The translations under genes and the position numbers were made by a program. Positions 39,254 to 49,315 of a DNA stretch of 62,718 nucleotides are shown one piece after another. Numbering within the stretch: position 1 is the first letter of the stretch; every line of letters starts with the position of its first letter. Origin of the DNA: Promethearchaeota archaeon (GTDB lineage: Archaea; Asgardarchaeota; Lokiarchaeia; Sigyniarchaeales; SOKP01); NCBI GenBank assembly GCA_019057865.1, contig JAHLWP010000023.1, positions 1-62,718 on the forward strand, in the 5' to 3' direction. The notes beneath the pieces are model-generated. The model was not told the origin of the DNA. It saw nothing but the letters and a program-made list of their open reading frames with translations, and did no database searches.

Positions 39254-40567
39254 TTAGTATTTTATTTTCTCCATCTCAATTGATTCCATAAAAGCATCTA
39301 CACGCTTCATAGTTCGCTCAAGATCAAATTCTCTCTCATCTCCCATGTTACCTTCAAAGGGCATGGTTGGTATCCCTGCTTTTTGGATAGCTAAACGATT
39401 TTCTGCAATTCCGAGACTTAAACCCTCACATCCTCTATTAAAATGCAGAAATACCCCATCTAATTTCCATTCCTTAGCGATCCTAATCATCATATCAGAT
39501 TTAAGTTTTGGATGATAAAAATGCTGCCATTCTGGTTTACTCAAATTCCATTCAGCAAGCGCTCGTAATGCGTCATCTCGATTAGTTATTTCAATATCAG
39601 GAATAGTTTTAGGACCCCATGTTCCATCTTCTTTTACTTCCCATAAACCAATGAGTCCAAATGTGTAAAGACTTCCTATTGATACACAACCATATTGCTC
39701 TAAATAGCGAAAAATTCTTAAAAAAGCCCAAGGAGGTTGAGTATCTGTCATAATACGGCATTTTTCATTTCCTACAGCAGCTATACCTCGTGCTACGCGA
39801 TCTTTTATTTCTGGATATAGTTCTTTTTCATAAAAGTCCGCTGTCCATTGAGCTGATTTTCTTAAAGTACCGAGAACATATAAAGAATACATTGATTTCT
39901 CATCTAAAGGAGCTGGTATTGCTTTATTAAGAGCGCAAATTGCTGACCAATAATAACAAGTCCGAAATTCATTATAAACTGCTTTAATTAAAAGTTCATC
40001 GTCATAATTTCTTCCAGTTATTTTTTCAAGCCATTTGATTCCATCATGCATCTGACTAACAATATAATTGATTTTGTGATCAGTTCGTTTTTCATATGGT
40101 CCCACTGATACATCAATACTAAACATAGGAATTCCTCCTTCAAGTTCACTTGCTATCTGATACCATTTAGAATGGGAACAGCAAATATGATCTTGCCATA
40201 TGAAGTCTGCTTTAGGGAATTCTTCAGAAAATTGTGGCCATGCATATTTGTTAATAAGGATAGATCCCCAATAATTACGCATATAGGAACAGAGATCACG
40301 CGCAAATCCCTTAGCTTCAGTTGCCTCTTGACATTCTAAAGCAAATTTATCGTTAAATGCAACAGTTGCTCCATATGGTTCTCCTGTTAACGAATATACA
40401 TCATCTCCTAATCCAGCAGGAATAGCATCAAAAGACCATGCTCCTCCTGCCCATCTAAGTCCACCCCGTTCGTGAGCCTTAGCAAAGTCTTCATAATACT
40501 TCACTCTAAGGGCTTTAGCTTTATTCCAACACTTCAATTGTTCTGTTGGATATTTAGTCTCTACCAT
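39254..40567 (-). CDS. bzdO: Benzoyl-CoA reductase, Bzd-type, subunit O
   Basis: [48 protein letters not shown] and HFNRGCEG. Confidence 0.92.
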   Translation of the reverse strand: MVETKYPTEQLKCWNKAKALRVKYYEDFAKAHERGGLRWAGGAWSFDAIPAGLGDDVYSLTGEPYGATVAFNDKFALECQEATEAKGFARDLCSYMRNYWGSILINKYAWPQFSEEFPKADFIWQDHICCSHSKWYQIASELEGGIPMFSIDVSVGPYEKRTDHKINYIVSQMHDGIKWLEKITGRNYDDELLIKAVYNEFRTCYYWSAICALNKAIPAPLDEKSMYSLYVLGTLRKSAQWTADFYEKELYPEIKDRVARGIAAVGNEKCRIMTDTQPPWAFLRIFRYLEQYGCVSIGSLYTFGLIGLWEVKEDGTWGPKTIPDIEITNRDDALRALAEWNLSKPEWQHFYHPKLKSDMMIRIAKEWKLDGVFLHFNRGCEGLSLGIAENRLAIQKAGIPTMPFEGNMGDEREFDLERTMKRVDAFMESIEMEKIKY

Positions 40568-40585
40568 TTTTATACCTCTTAAACT

Positions 40586-41707
40586 CTAAAATAAATCCTC
40601 TTCTCTTAATATTTCAAGAAATGCTTCAACCCGCGTTTTGAATTGACCTATTGGAACGGTAACATCGAATTCAAGGAATAAAGTTGAGATACCATTATCT
40701 TCTAAAGCTTGCTTAATAATAGGAATATCTAATTCATGTGGATCACAAAATTTTTGTTGAATTAAGATCGCTCCTTGCACATCATAATCCTTTGCCAATT
40801 GTACAATATAATCAAGTCTTGTTCGTTGAGGCCAATCTTTACTTGGGCAAGGTATGCGTTTCACATACCTTTCAGATATTGCAGCTAGCAAATCTCCGTT
40901 TATTTTTACTTCCTTATCAAAATACCGAGTTCCAGTACAATGATCATCAATTACAAATCTTGCACCTAAACCTTCAACCATACCCAGAAATTTAGTATCA
41001 TCATCCTCAGAGCCTAAGATCATAAGCCGTTCACCCGAGTCATCTAGATTCCTTGAGGGAAGATCTTGTAAAAGTTTTTCTAATGCTTTATTATGGTCTT
41101 GCTTATCTGTTATTTGAGCAGAGACTACCATAAGCATTGCTTCTAAACCTGTCAAGGGGGGATTAGACTTTTTTCTGAGTTCATACACTTCTTGCAAAAG
41201 GCGGCGATTACTATTCATAGCCTCAATCCCTCGTTTAAGATCCTCATCTGTAATTGGGATATCTGTCCACTTTTCAACTGCTTTTTTGAATTCTTTTAGC
41301 TCTTCTGTTAAATAAGGGATAGCATGAGGACTTTGAACATGCATAGGATGTGGTAGATAGTATTTAAAATCCACAGGAATATGGAGATCCCAGCTAGTAT
41401 AAGTCTGTCTAATATGGAGACAACTTTGAGCAATCATTATTCCATCAAGATAGTCATATTTGCCTTTCAGACCTTGAGCTAAACAATCACGACAGAAAGG
41501 GCAAAACATAGCAAAAATATGCGGTTCTGAGACATCTTGTGGTTCATGACTGCCTAATATCCTTACTGGTAGAATATTTGCTGCATATAGAATCTCTTCA
41601 GGTACATATGTACAAAAATATCCTAGTACTTTACCACCAGTACGCTCTTTCCATTTTTTCGCATATTCATGCCGGTTTTCGTACCAATCTTTAAACTTTT
41701 CAAACAT
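40586..41707 (-). CDS. bzdN: Benzoyl-CoA reductase, Bzd-type, subunit N
   Basis: GYFCTYVPEE, MFCPFCRDCLAQG, QSCLH, DDHCTGTRYF, CPSKDWP and QKFCDPH. Confidence 0.92.
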   Translation of the reverse strand: MFEKFKDWYENRHEYAKKWKERTGGKVLGYFCTYVPEEILYAANILPVRILGSHEPQDVSEPHIFAMFCPFCRDCLAQGLKGKYDYLDGIMIAQSCLHIRQTYTSWDLHIPVDFKYYLPHPMHVQSPHAIPYLTEELKEFKKAVEKWTDIPITDEDLKRGIEAMNSNRRLLQEVYELRKKSNPPLTGLEAMLMVVSAQITDKQDHNKALEKLLQDLPSRNLDDSGERLMILGSEDDDTKFLGMVEGLGARFVIDDHCTGTRYFDKEVKINGDLLAAISERYVKRIPCPSKDWPQRTRLDYIVQLAKDYDVQGAILIQQKFCDPHELDIPIIKQALEDNGISTLFLEFDVTVPIGQFKTRVEAFLEILREEDLF

Positions 41708-41721
41708 TTTAATTCAAATTT

Positions 41722-42768
41722 TTATTTTTGACAAAAGATAATAATTCTAATTCCTTCTCCCCGCCGCATAACGTCAAAGGCTTCATTAATTTCTGAAAGT
41801 GGAAATTTATGTGTAATTAGTGGTTTTAGCTGAAGTGAACCATTCTTAACCAAGTCAATAATATGTGGATAATCCACGGGACGGCAACCAAGGCTTCCCA
41901 TTATTTCCATTTCTCGAAACATTACACGACCAATATCGAATCCATCCCAACGTTTAGGTGAGTATCCCACAGCAATCAAACGACCTCCAGTTCGTAAGCT
42001 ATTGAATGCCTGTTTCATTGTTGCTGGATGCCCGATTGCCTCAAAGGCAATATCCGCACCTCCTCCAGTTATTTTTCTAATAGTACCAACGATTTCTCTT
42101 TCATCTTTATCTTTTGCTAAAATAGTTTCTACAGCTCCGATTTGCTTAGCAATCTCCAACTTTTTAGGGACAATATCAACAGCAATAGGTAACCCACCTG
42201 CTGCTCTTATATTCTGAACCACATTTAAACCAATTCCACCACAACCAATAACCACTGCCCAGTCACCAGGTCTAACTTGACCTCGATTTTTCACTGCATG
42301 GTACGGTGTTGAAACAGCATCCGAGATAATACAACTTTCTTCTAATGACAATTCAGTTGGTAGATGAACCACATCTTTTATAGGGACCTTAATTTGTTCT
42401 GCAAATCCCCCATCAATGTGATTACCAAGCATTATTTGATTACTGCAAATATTTTCTCGACCAGTTCTACAATTAACACAGTACCCACAGGAAAGCACAG
42501 CGGGAATAATAACATGATCTCCTTTTTTAAAGGTAGTTACATTCTCACTTACCTCTTTAATACGTCCTGATATTTCATGACCTAAAATAAGGGGTGGCTG
42601 TTTAACTGTTGGTACACCATGTTCTAGATAACCAAAATCAGTATGACAAACACCACATGCTTCTATCTCTATTATAGCTTGACCTATTTCGCCAGAAATA
42701 CTCGGCGTCGGATAATTATCATCTAGTTTTAAGGGTTCCTTAACCTTTTCAAAAACGGCTGCTCTCAT
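41722..42768 (-). CDS. had: 6-hydroxycyclohex-1-ene-1-carbonyl-CoA dehydrogenase (Zn-dependent MDR; BzdX/Had)
   Basis: CGVCHTD, LGHEISG, CGYCVNC...C, DAVSTPYHA and GSLGC; operon context. Confidence 0.82.
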   Translation of the reverse strand: MRAAVFEKVKEPLKLDDNYPTPSISGEIGQAIIEIEACGVCHTDFGYLEHGVPTVKQPPLILGHEISGRIKEVSENVTTFKKGDHVIIPAVLSCGYCVNCRTGRENICSNQIMLGNHIDGGFAEQIKVPIKDVVHLPTELSLEESCIISDAVSTPYHAVKNRGQVRPGDWAVVIGCGGIGLNVVQNIRAAGGLPIAVDIVPKKLEIAKQIGAVETILAKDKDEREIVGTIRKITGGGADIAFEAIGHPATMKQAFNSLRTGGRLIAVGYSPKRWDGFDIGRVMFREMEIMGSLGCRPVDYPHIIDLVKNGSLQLKPLITHKFPLSEINEAFDVMRRGEGIRIIIFCQK

Positions 42769-42846
42769 CTTAATTTCCTACAATTTGTTTTATTTTTATT
42801 ATAATTTAAACCTAATTCTTATTAAATTTAAGAATAATGAAATTGT

Positions 42847-43623
42847 TTAACGGTTTTGCCAATTGGGTGATCGTTTCTCTAAAAATGCTTGTAATCCTTC
42901 ATTCGCATCATGCGTTGACATTAGTTCTTTGAGATAAAATTCTTCAATCTGATCTAGTTGAGTATCAAAATCGATTCCTAAAGCTATGTTGAATATTTTT
43001 TTTGTATGTTGTAAAACAATTGTGCTTAGACTATTAAAAGATTCAATAAATTTAGTAAATTCTTGTTCAAATGATTCATGCGGGAAAATTTGGTTAGAAA
43101 TTCCGAGTCTAAGAGCCTCATTAGCATCGATTATATTGCCTAACATGATAAGTTCAAAAGCTTTTTTATTTCCGATAATTTGAGGAAGGGCTAATACAGC
43201 AATTGGTGGAAATACACCTACTTTTATTTCTGGTTGACCAAATTTGGCTTTCTCTGAGGTAAGTACAATATCACAAAATATCGCAATTTCACAACCTCCA
43301 CCAAGAGCTGCCCCTTTAACACTTGCTATTGTGGGACATTTAATCTTGTTAAGTTTTCTAAAAATTCCATGGAATTCCTTAATCATTTTTGGAGCTTTAT
43401 CACCAATATGATCATCTATATCAACTCCCGAAGAAAATGCTTTTCCATTATGATCAAAAATTAGTGCCTTTAATGATTGATCAGCTATAAAACCTTCAAG
43501 AGCCTTATTGATTTGCTCCATCATTTGAATTGTTAAAATATTCAATGGACCATTGTTGAAAATAATTCTTCCAACATCATTAGCTTTTTCCACTATAATT
43601 AAATCATTTGTCAACTTTTTCAC
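42847..43623 (-). CDS. dch: Cyclohexa-1,5-diene-1-carbonyl-CoA hydratase (BzdW/Dch)
   Basis: Crotonase with PLNIL, FSSGVD..DH, LGGGCE and QPEIKVGVFPP; GTG start; operon context. Confidence 0.82.
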   Translation of the reverse strand: MKKLTNDLIIVEKANDVGRIIFNNGPLNILTIQMMEQINKALEGFIADQSLKALIFDHNGKAFSSGVDIDDHIGDKAPKMIKEFHGIFRKLNKIKCPTIASVKGAALGGGCEIAIFCDIVLTSEKAKFGQPEIKVGVFPPIAVLALPQIIGNKKAFELIMLGNIIDANEALRLGISNQIFPHESFEQEFTKFIESFNSLSTIVLQHTKKIFNIALGIDFDTQLDQIEEFYLKELMSTHDANEGLQAFLEKRSPNWQNR

Positions 43624-43671
43624 TCAATATGGCGATTTTTTTCTGTCTTTTTTTTTAAAAAAATATTATAA

Positions 43672-44637
43672 TTATAGTTTAGCTCCACAGTTACCACAAA
43701 ACTTGAAAACAGAAGGTAAGTTTTTGGTCTGACATGAAGGACATGTTATAGATGGTGGACCCCATAAAAATTCGGGATGTTGACTTCCTCTTATACCTCT
43801 ATAATTTGGAGGACGTTTTTCTACAAATGCTGACATTCCTTCAAGAGGTTCCCAGGAAGTATAATGAATAGCTAACCAGTCTTTTGCGTGACCAATTGTT
43901 TGATGCCAAACAAGATCTTTCCAGAAATTAACTTGTTGTTTTGTATATCTCATGCATTCTGGAAACTTATCAATAAGTTTCTGACAAAATTTATCAACTT
44001 CATCATCTATTTCTGAATACGGGACAACAGAATTCACTAAACCCCATTCTAAAGCTTTTTTTGCTGAGATTGGTTCACATAGAAATAAAATTTCTCTTGC
44101 TCTACGATCACCAACAATAATAGGTAACCATTGAGTCGCGCCTCCACACGCCACAGATCCTACTCTTGTTCCTACTTGTTGAATAGTAGCATGTTCTGCA
44201 GCTACTGCTAAATCACAAGCCATTTGCCATTCATTACCCCCTCCTGCCACGATACCATTGATTCTCGCAATAGTAGGTTTACCAATATTACGGAATACAT
44301 CATGAGCTTCTTGGAAAATACTCATCCATTTCCAATATTCAGCAGGTTGGACTGTAAATCTTTCTCTATACTCTTTTACGTCACCACCAGTACAAAAAGC
44401 CTTATCACCTGCTCCAGTCAAGATAATAACAGCAACATTATTATCCCAAGCGGCATCATGAAATGCTTCAATCATTTCCATTAAAGTAAGGGTTGAATAA
44501 GCATTATAAACATGAGGTCGGTTTATTGTTACTTTTGCTTTCCAATCTTTTTTTTCATAAATTATTTCTTTAAAATCGAATTCTTTTGGATCCTTAGGTG
44601 TGAAGTTTGGTTCTTTTGTATAAGTCATAACAATCAC
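43672..44637 (-). CDS. oah: 6-oxocyclohex-1-ene-1-carbonyl-CoA hydrolase (ring-opening; BzdY/Oah-like) with C-terminal Zn ribbon
   Basis: YNAYST, AFCTGGD, GGGNEW..ACDL, GSVACGGAT and DKFPEC; tail CPSC...FCGNCG. Confidence 0.8.
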   Translation of the reverse strand: MIVMTYTKEPNFTPKDPKEFDFKEIIYEKKDWKAKVTINRPHVYNAYSTLTLMEMIEAFHDAAWDNNVAVIILTGAGDKAFCTGGDVKEYRERFTVQPAEYWKWMSIFQEAHDVFRNIGKPTIARINGIVAGGGNEWQMACDLAVAAEHATIQQVGTRVGSVACGGATQWLPIIVGDRRAREILFLCEPISAKKALEWGLVNSVVPYSEIDDEVDKFCQKLIDKFPECMRYTKQQVNFWKDLVWHQTIGHAKDWLAIHYTSWEPLEGMSAFVEKRPPNYRGIRGSQHPEFLWGPPSITCPSCQTKNLPSVFKFCGNCGAKL

Positions 44638-44727
44638 ATCAATACTTAATTTTTTTGATTTCTTTTTTTTTTATTATTATTCTTAGATAATTTTACAAAT
44701 TAATTTAAAATTTGTTAATAGAAAACG

Positions 44728-44753
44728 TTTAGTGGGAATAAAATTCCACTAAA
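44728..44753. promoter_or_regulatory. Imperfect inverted repeat (TTTAGTGGGAAT-AAA-ATTCCACTAAA) in the divergent promoter of the bzd operon; candidate operator
   Basis: Read directly; about 90 bp upstream of oah. Confidence 0.45.
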
Positions 44754-44859
44754 AGCACAATTCAGATGGAATATAAAAAATAGTAATCTTTAAACCGAAC
44801 ATTATCATAATATCTAATGTAGATTCGGAAAAGAAAACTTAAAATTGGACAGAATAACT

Positions 44860-45141
44860 ATGGTGTCAGATAAAGAAAAAGGTAAAGAAGAAAAAGATCT
44901 AAATATTCCTCCTAGAGGAAAAGACTGGGAGAGGGGATTCACAGTTGAAGAAAATAGAGTAGCTGAGTACGTAGAATTGTATGAATCAATTGGGTATGAA
45001 GTACGCGTTGAGTCTGCTACTCCAGATGAGATGGAAGATTGTCAAGTATGCTTTAAGGTAAATTTTGATAATTTACGAACAATCTATATCAAGCGAATAA
45101 AAAATAAAGATAATTACACGGACTTAGAAGAAGAAATATAA
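44860..45141 (+). CDS. Small CxxC hypothetical protein divergent from the bzd operon
   Basis: WERGF...RVAEYVELYESIGYEVRVE...CQVCF...TIYIK; ATG 44860. Confidence 0.7.
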   Translation: MVSDKEKGKEEKDLNIPPRGKDWERGFTVEENRVAEYVELYESIGYEVRVESATPDEMEDCQVCFKVNFDNLRTIYIKRIKNKDNYTDLEEEI

Positions 45142-45248
45142 CAGATCATTAAGTCTCTTTCTAAACATAAAAAAGGTTTATACTTTAACAATTGTTAAAA
45201 ATTATTTTTTAGTCAATATTTTTATCTTTTTTTTCATTAGATTAATTT

Positions 45249-45689
45249 ATGTCGAACTTAGAACCTGTTAAATTTGAAGATTTTAATGAAGGAGATTCTG
45301 CTTCATTTGCAAAAACCATAACTGAGGCGGATGTAACACTATTTGCGGGAATATCCGGAGATTTCAATCCTTTACATATTAATGAAGAGTTTGCGAAAAC
45401 TCAGATGTTTGGTACACGTGTCGTTCATGGGGCTTTTAGTTTAGCATTAATTTCAGCAGTACTTGGTGTTCATTTATTTGGTCCAGGAGCCCTTTATGCT
45501 TCACAAAAGGTAGTATTTAAAAAACCAGTATATATTGGGGATACATTAACTGCAGTTGCAACAATAACAAAGAAATACACTAAAGAAGGCAAAAGTGGAA
45601 CACTACAATTTCTAGATGTAGAAACAAAAGTATTAAACCAAAAAGATGAAGTTGTTACAGACGGAGAAGCCCAAGTACTAGTCATGTAA
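45249..45689 (+). CDS. MaoC-family (R)-enoyl-CoA hydratase
   Basis: FAGISGDFNPLH, VVHG and FKKPVYIGD. Confidence 0.92.
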   Translation: MSNLEPVKFEDFNEGDSASFAKTITEADVTLFAGISGDFNPLHINEEFAKTQMFGTRVVHGAFSLALISAVLGVHLFGPGALYASQKVVFKKPVYIGDTLTAVATITKKYTKEGKSGTLQFLDVETKVLNQKDEVVTDGEAQVLVM

Positions 45690-45789
45690 CATTTTTTTTC
45701 TTTTTTCATATTTTAACAATGCGTTTTTTCTTAACAAATGTTTTCGAAAAATTTTTTGTATTTGCTTTATTTTTTTTAAATGGTATGAA

Positions 45790-46926
45790 ATGTCAGAAAA
45801 AGTCGAAGATCGAATAAAAGAATTAGAAGAACGATTGGCTTCCACCAAGGTAAACAAAGCTACACAAAAAAGTATAAATTTCATTAAAGCACAACTAGCC
45901 AAACTCCGCGAAGATTTGATTCGTATTGCTAGTTCTAAAAAAGGAGGTGGCGGTGGCTTTGGAATAAAAAAATCTGGAGCTGCTCAAGTATCTTTTATTG
46001 GATTTCCTTCAGTAGGAAAATCTTCCTTACTTAACTTGCTTACCGGAGGGAAAACTCATTCTAAAGTAGCAGCATACGAGTTTACAACAGTAACAGCTAT
46101 ACCTGGTATGATGAATATTGAAGATGCTAAAATACAGCTTATTGATTTGCCAGGGGTAATTTTAGGTGCAGCTACAGGAAAAGGACGTGGTAAGGAAGTG
46201 TTGGGGGCAGTAAGGACTGCTGAGTTAATTTTAATTATTATATGTTTTCGTCAAGATGGAACTATTAATATCACAGACTTAGATTTAATTAGAAAAGAAT
46301 TAAATGACGCTGGGATTCGGTTAAACACTCAACCCCCACGGATTCAGATAAAGGAACAAAACCAAGGAGGTATACATTTCACATATAATGGGAATCAATT
46401 AATGGATACAGAAGAAGTTAAATCTTTAATGAATGATTTGAAAATTCGTAATGCGGGTGTTTACTTCGCCGAACCTGACATTATCCCAGATCAATTAATA
46501 GATTTCGTTTTAGGTAATCGAGTTTATACAAGAGAATTTGTTGTTATAAATAAATCTGATTTAATGGAAGCTCCAATTCCCCCTGAAAAGATTACAGAAG
46601 CAATTGGTCATGAACATTGGGTTATGGTCTCAGCGAAAAATAAAGAAAATATTAATACGCTTAAGCATAATATCTTCATGGAGCTGAATTTAATACGAGT
46701 GTTTTTGAAGCCACCAAGACAGGAAGCTGATATGGATGAGCCAATAATTCTCCACCGGGGTGATACACTAGAGAAACTCTGTCGTAAAATTCACAAACGA
46801 TTCATAAGCGATTATCGCTACTCGTTAGTATGGGGTAAATCTGCTAAGCACCCTGGTCAAAAATTTGATAACCTAGATCACGTAGTTGAGGATGGTGACA
46901 TAATTTCAATTTATCTGAAGCGATAG
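45790..46926 (+). CDS. DRG/RBG1-family OBG GTPase with TGS domain
   Basis: NKATQ, GFPSVGKS, YEFTT, DLPG, NKSD and WGKSAKHPGQ (TGS). Confidence 0.93.
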   Translation: MSEKVEDRIKELEERLASTKVNKATQKSINFIKAQLAKLREDLIRIASSKKGGGGGFGIKKSGAAQVSFIGFPSVGKSSLLNLLTGGKTHSKVAAYEFTTVTAIPGMMNIEDAKIQLIDLPGVILGAATGKGRGKEVLGAVRTAELILIIICFRQDGTINITDLDLIRKELNDAGIRLNTQPPRIQIKEQNQGGIHFTYNGNQLMDTEEVKSLMNDLKIRNAGVYFAEPDIIPDQLIDFVLGNRVYTREFVVINKSDLMEAPIPPEKITEAIGHEHWVMVSAKNKENINTLKHNIFMELNLIRVFLKPPRQEADMDEPIILHRGDTLEKLCRKIHKRFISDYRYSLVWGKSAKHPGQKFDNLDHVVEDGDIISIYLKR

Positions 46927-47144
46927 TAGGAATGAAGAATTTAAATCTTTAAAATCAACAAAATTAGAGAAGAATTATTCTATTCATTAATTTCTTTATT
47001 AATTAAACTTTTAAAATATTATATTAAAACTTAATTCTTTTCTTAAAAAACTAATAAAATATATTAAAATGCCATCTTAATAGTTATTTAAAGTAATCTA
47101 ATTAAATCAGAATTTTTAAAAATAAATTTCCAAGAGAAGAAGAG

Positions 47145-47483
47145 ATGAAGGAGGAAAAACCTCAAATTCCAGGGGAAGATGAAATGATTCAAAAATGTAT
47201 TGATCCCATTACTGGAAGAGATATCACGGCTGAACATATAAGTCAACGTTTAACTGAACTAGAGAAAATTGCAGTTGATATTGTAAACAAAGCGATCGAA
47301 GAATATAAGAAAAATCCAGATGGAAAACACACAATCTACGAGAAATATTATTGGGAAATTCATCAAAAATTAGGAGTAGGCTCTATTGGACCTGCAACTG
47401 CCGCAGCTGGACCTTTAATGTATTCGAAGATGGATGAATTGGCCAATAAACTAGGTATTTCTAAAGAAGAGCGAATTTCTTAG
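47145..47483 (+). CDS. Hypothetical protein
   Basis: 112-aa ATG ORF with purine-rich upstream sequence. Confidence 0.65.
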   Translation: MKEEKPQIPGEDEMIQKCIDPITGRDITAEHISQRLTELEKIAVDIVNKAIEEYKKNPDGKHTIYEKYYWEIHQKLGVGSIGPATAAAGPLMYSKMDELANKLGISKEERIS

Positions 47484-47565
47484 TGAAAATATGAAATTAA
47501 ATCCCATTATTTATTTCTGAACATAAAATTTAACATTTCACATTATTTCAGAATAGACCCTAATG

Positions 47566-47587
47566 TTTTCCCATAATTATGGGAAAA
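47566..47587. promoter_or_regulatory. 22-bp perfect palindrome TTTTCCCATAATTATGGGAAAA; candidate operator
   Basis: Read directly; 100 bp upstream of the CoA ligase-thiolase-dehydratase run. Confidence 0.6.
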
Positions 47588-47687
47588 GATAAAATTTTTT
47601 ATATAAATTAGATGTTTAAAATAAGATTAAAATATTTTTAGAAATCGTTCAGATTCATCAATTACGTAAATAAAGGAGGAAGAAATA

Positions 47688-49268
47688 ATGGCATGGCTTG
47701 ATATTGGTGAAATTGTTAATGTTAATGCTAATAAATATCCAAATAAACTTGCTCTGAAAGATGCAAAACGTCAATTAACATTTAAAGAATTAAATGAAAG
47801 AACTAATAAACTTGCGAATGGAATTCTTAAAAATGGGATAAAAAAGGGAGATAAGATAGCTATATTATCTAATAATTCAATAGAGTTTATGGAAATTTAC
47901 GTGGCGTCAGCTAAAGGAGGATTTATAATCGTTCCCTTAAATTTTCGGCTACACCCAGATGATATTTCGTTCATTATTAATAATTCAGATGCAATATGGT
48001 TATTTGTAGAATCTAGATTCTACGAAGCTACAGAAAAGATTTGGGAAAGAGCTAAAGAATTGGGATTTGATAATGTTCAACGTGTATTGATTGCTGATCA
48101 ACCAGCGGAAGGTTGGAAATTCTATGAAGATATTGTAGAAATGGGTGAAAACATGTATCCTTCTATAAAGATTAATCCAGAGGATACTTGGGTAATTCTT
48201 TATACATCAGGCACGACAGGGAGACCAAAAGGAGTGATACGCTCCCATCGTTCTTATATTGCATTTTTCTTAATTAACGAAGCAGAATTCTCATTTACTC
48301 CTCAAGATTATGGCATGATTTTAATGCCATTATCTCATGTAAATTCTACATTCTATTCATTTGTCTTCACTTACTTAGGCGCTCCATGCTATATCCATAT
48401 CGAGTATAAATTTGACCCTGAAGAAATTTTAAAGATAATTCATCGGGAGAAAATATCTTTTACCTCAATGATACCTACTCACTATAACTTAATATTAAAT
48501 CTCCCAGAAAAAGTGAAAGATAAATATGATCCTAGTTCTGTTAGAGCTCTTTTAACGTCTTCAGCTCCTGCTACTAAGCAGATGAAACTAGAAGTAATGA
48601 AGCTTTTTGAAAAGACTCAGCTTTTTGAAGCTTATGGTTCGACAGAGGCAGGTCTGGTTACTCTCCTTAGACCTGAAGATCAAATGAATAAGTTGGGATC
48701 TATAGGAAAAGAATGCATAGGTACTGATCGTATTCTTTTATTGGATGAAGATAAGAATCCTGTACCTGAAGGGGAAATTGGTGAACTATATTCTCGTGGA
48801 CCACAAATGTTCGATAAGTATTACAAATTACCAGAAAAAACTAGAGATTCATTTAAGGGAGAATACTTTAGCGCTGGTGACATGGCTAAAAGAGATGAAG
48901 AAGGGTTTTATTACTTAGTTGATCGGAAGGCTAATATGATAATTACGGGTGGAGAACATGTTTATCCTTCTGAAGTTGAAAAAGTTATTGTATCATATCC
49001 AAGTGTTATTGAATGCGCTGTAATTGGCTTACAGGATTACAAATGGGGAGAAAAGGTGACAGCAGTTTGTGTTTTAAATAAAGAAGTGGAATCTCCAAAT
49101 GAGTTAACTAATGAAATTCGGCAATTTTGCGAAGATAAGTTAGCAAGATTTAAGCTCCCAAAGGAATGTATATATATTACCTCAGAAGAGATGCCTAGGA
49201 CGGGTTCAGGAAAAGTTATTCATCGTATATTACGAGAACGATTTAATAAACAAATTAATAATGAATAA
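47688..49268 (+). CDS. AMP-forming acyl/aryl-CoA ligase
   Basis: YTSGTTGRPKG, YGSTE, SAGD, DRKANMIITGGE and PRTGSGK. Confidence 0.92.
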   Translation: MAWLDIGEIVNVNANKYPNKLALKDAKRQLTFKELNERTNKLANGILKNGIKKGDKIAILSNNSIEFMEIYVASAKGGFIIVPLNFRLHPDDISFIINNSDAIWLFVESRFYEATEKIWERAKELGFDNVQRVLIADQPAEGWKFYEDIVEMGENMYPSIKINPEDTWVILYTSGTTGRPKGVIRSHRSYIAFFLINEAEFSFTPQDYGMILMPLSHVNSTFYSFVFTYLGAPCYIHIEYKFDPEEILKIIHREKISFTSMIPTHYNLILNLPEKVKDKYDPSSVRALLTSSAPATKQMKLEVMKLFEKTQLFEAYGSTEAGLVTLLRPEDQMNKLGSIGKECIGTDRILLLDEDKNPVPEGEIGELYSRGPQMFDKYYKLPEKTRDSFKGEYFSAGDMAKRDEEGFYYLVDRKANMIITGGEHVYPSEVEKVIVSYPSVIECAVIGLQDYKWGEKVTAVCVLNKEVESPNELTNEIRQFCEDKLARFKLPKECIYITSEEMPRTGSGKVIHRILRERFNKQINNE

Positions 49269-49315
49269 GAAATTATAAGAAAAATAATTATAAATTAAAT
49301 AAGAGTGTAAATTAA

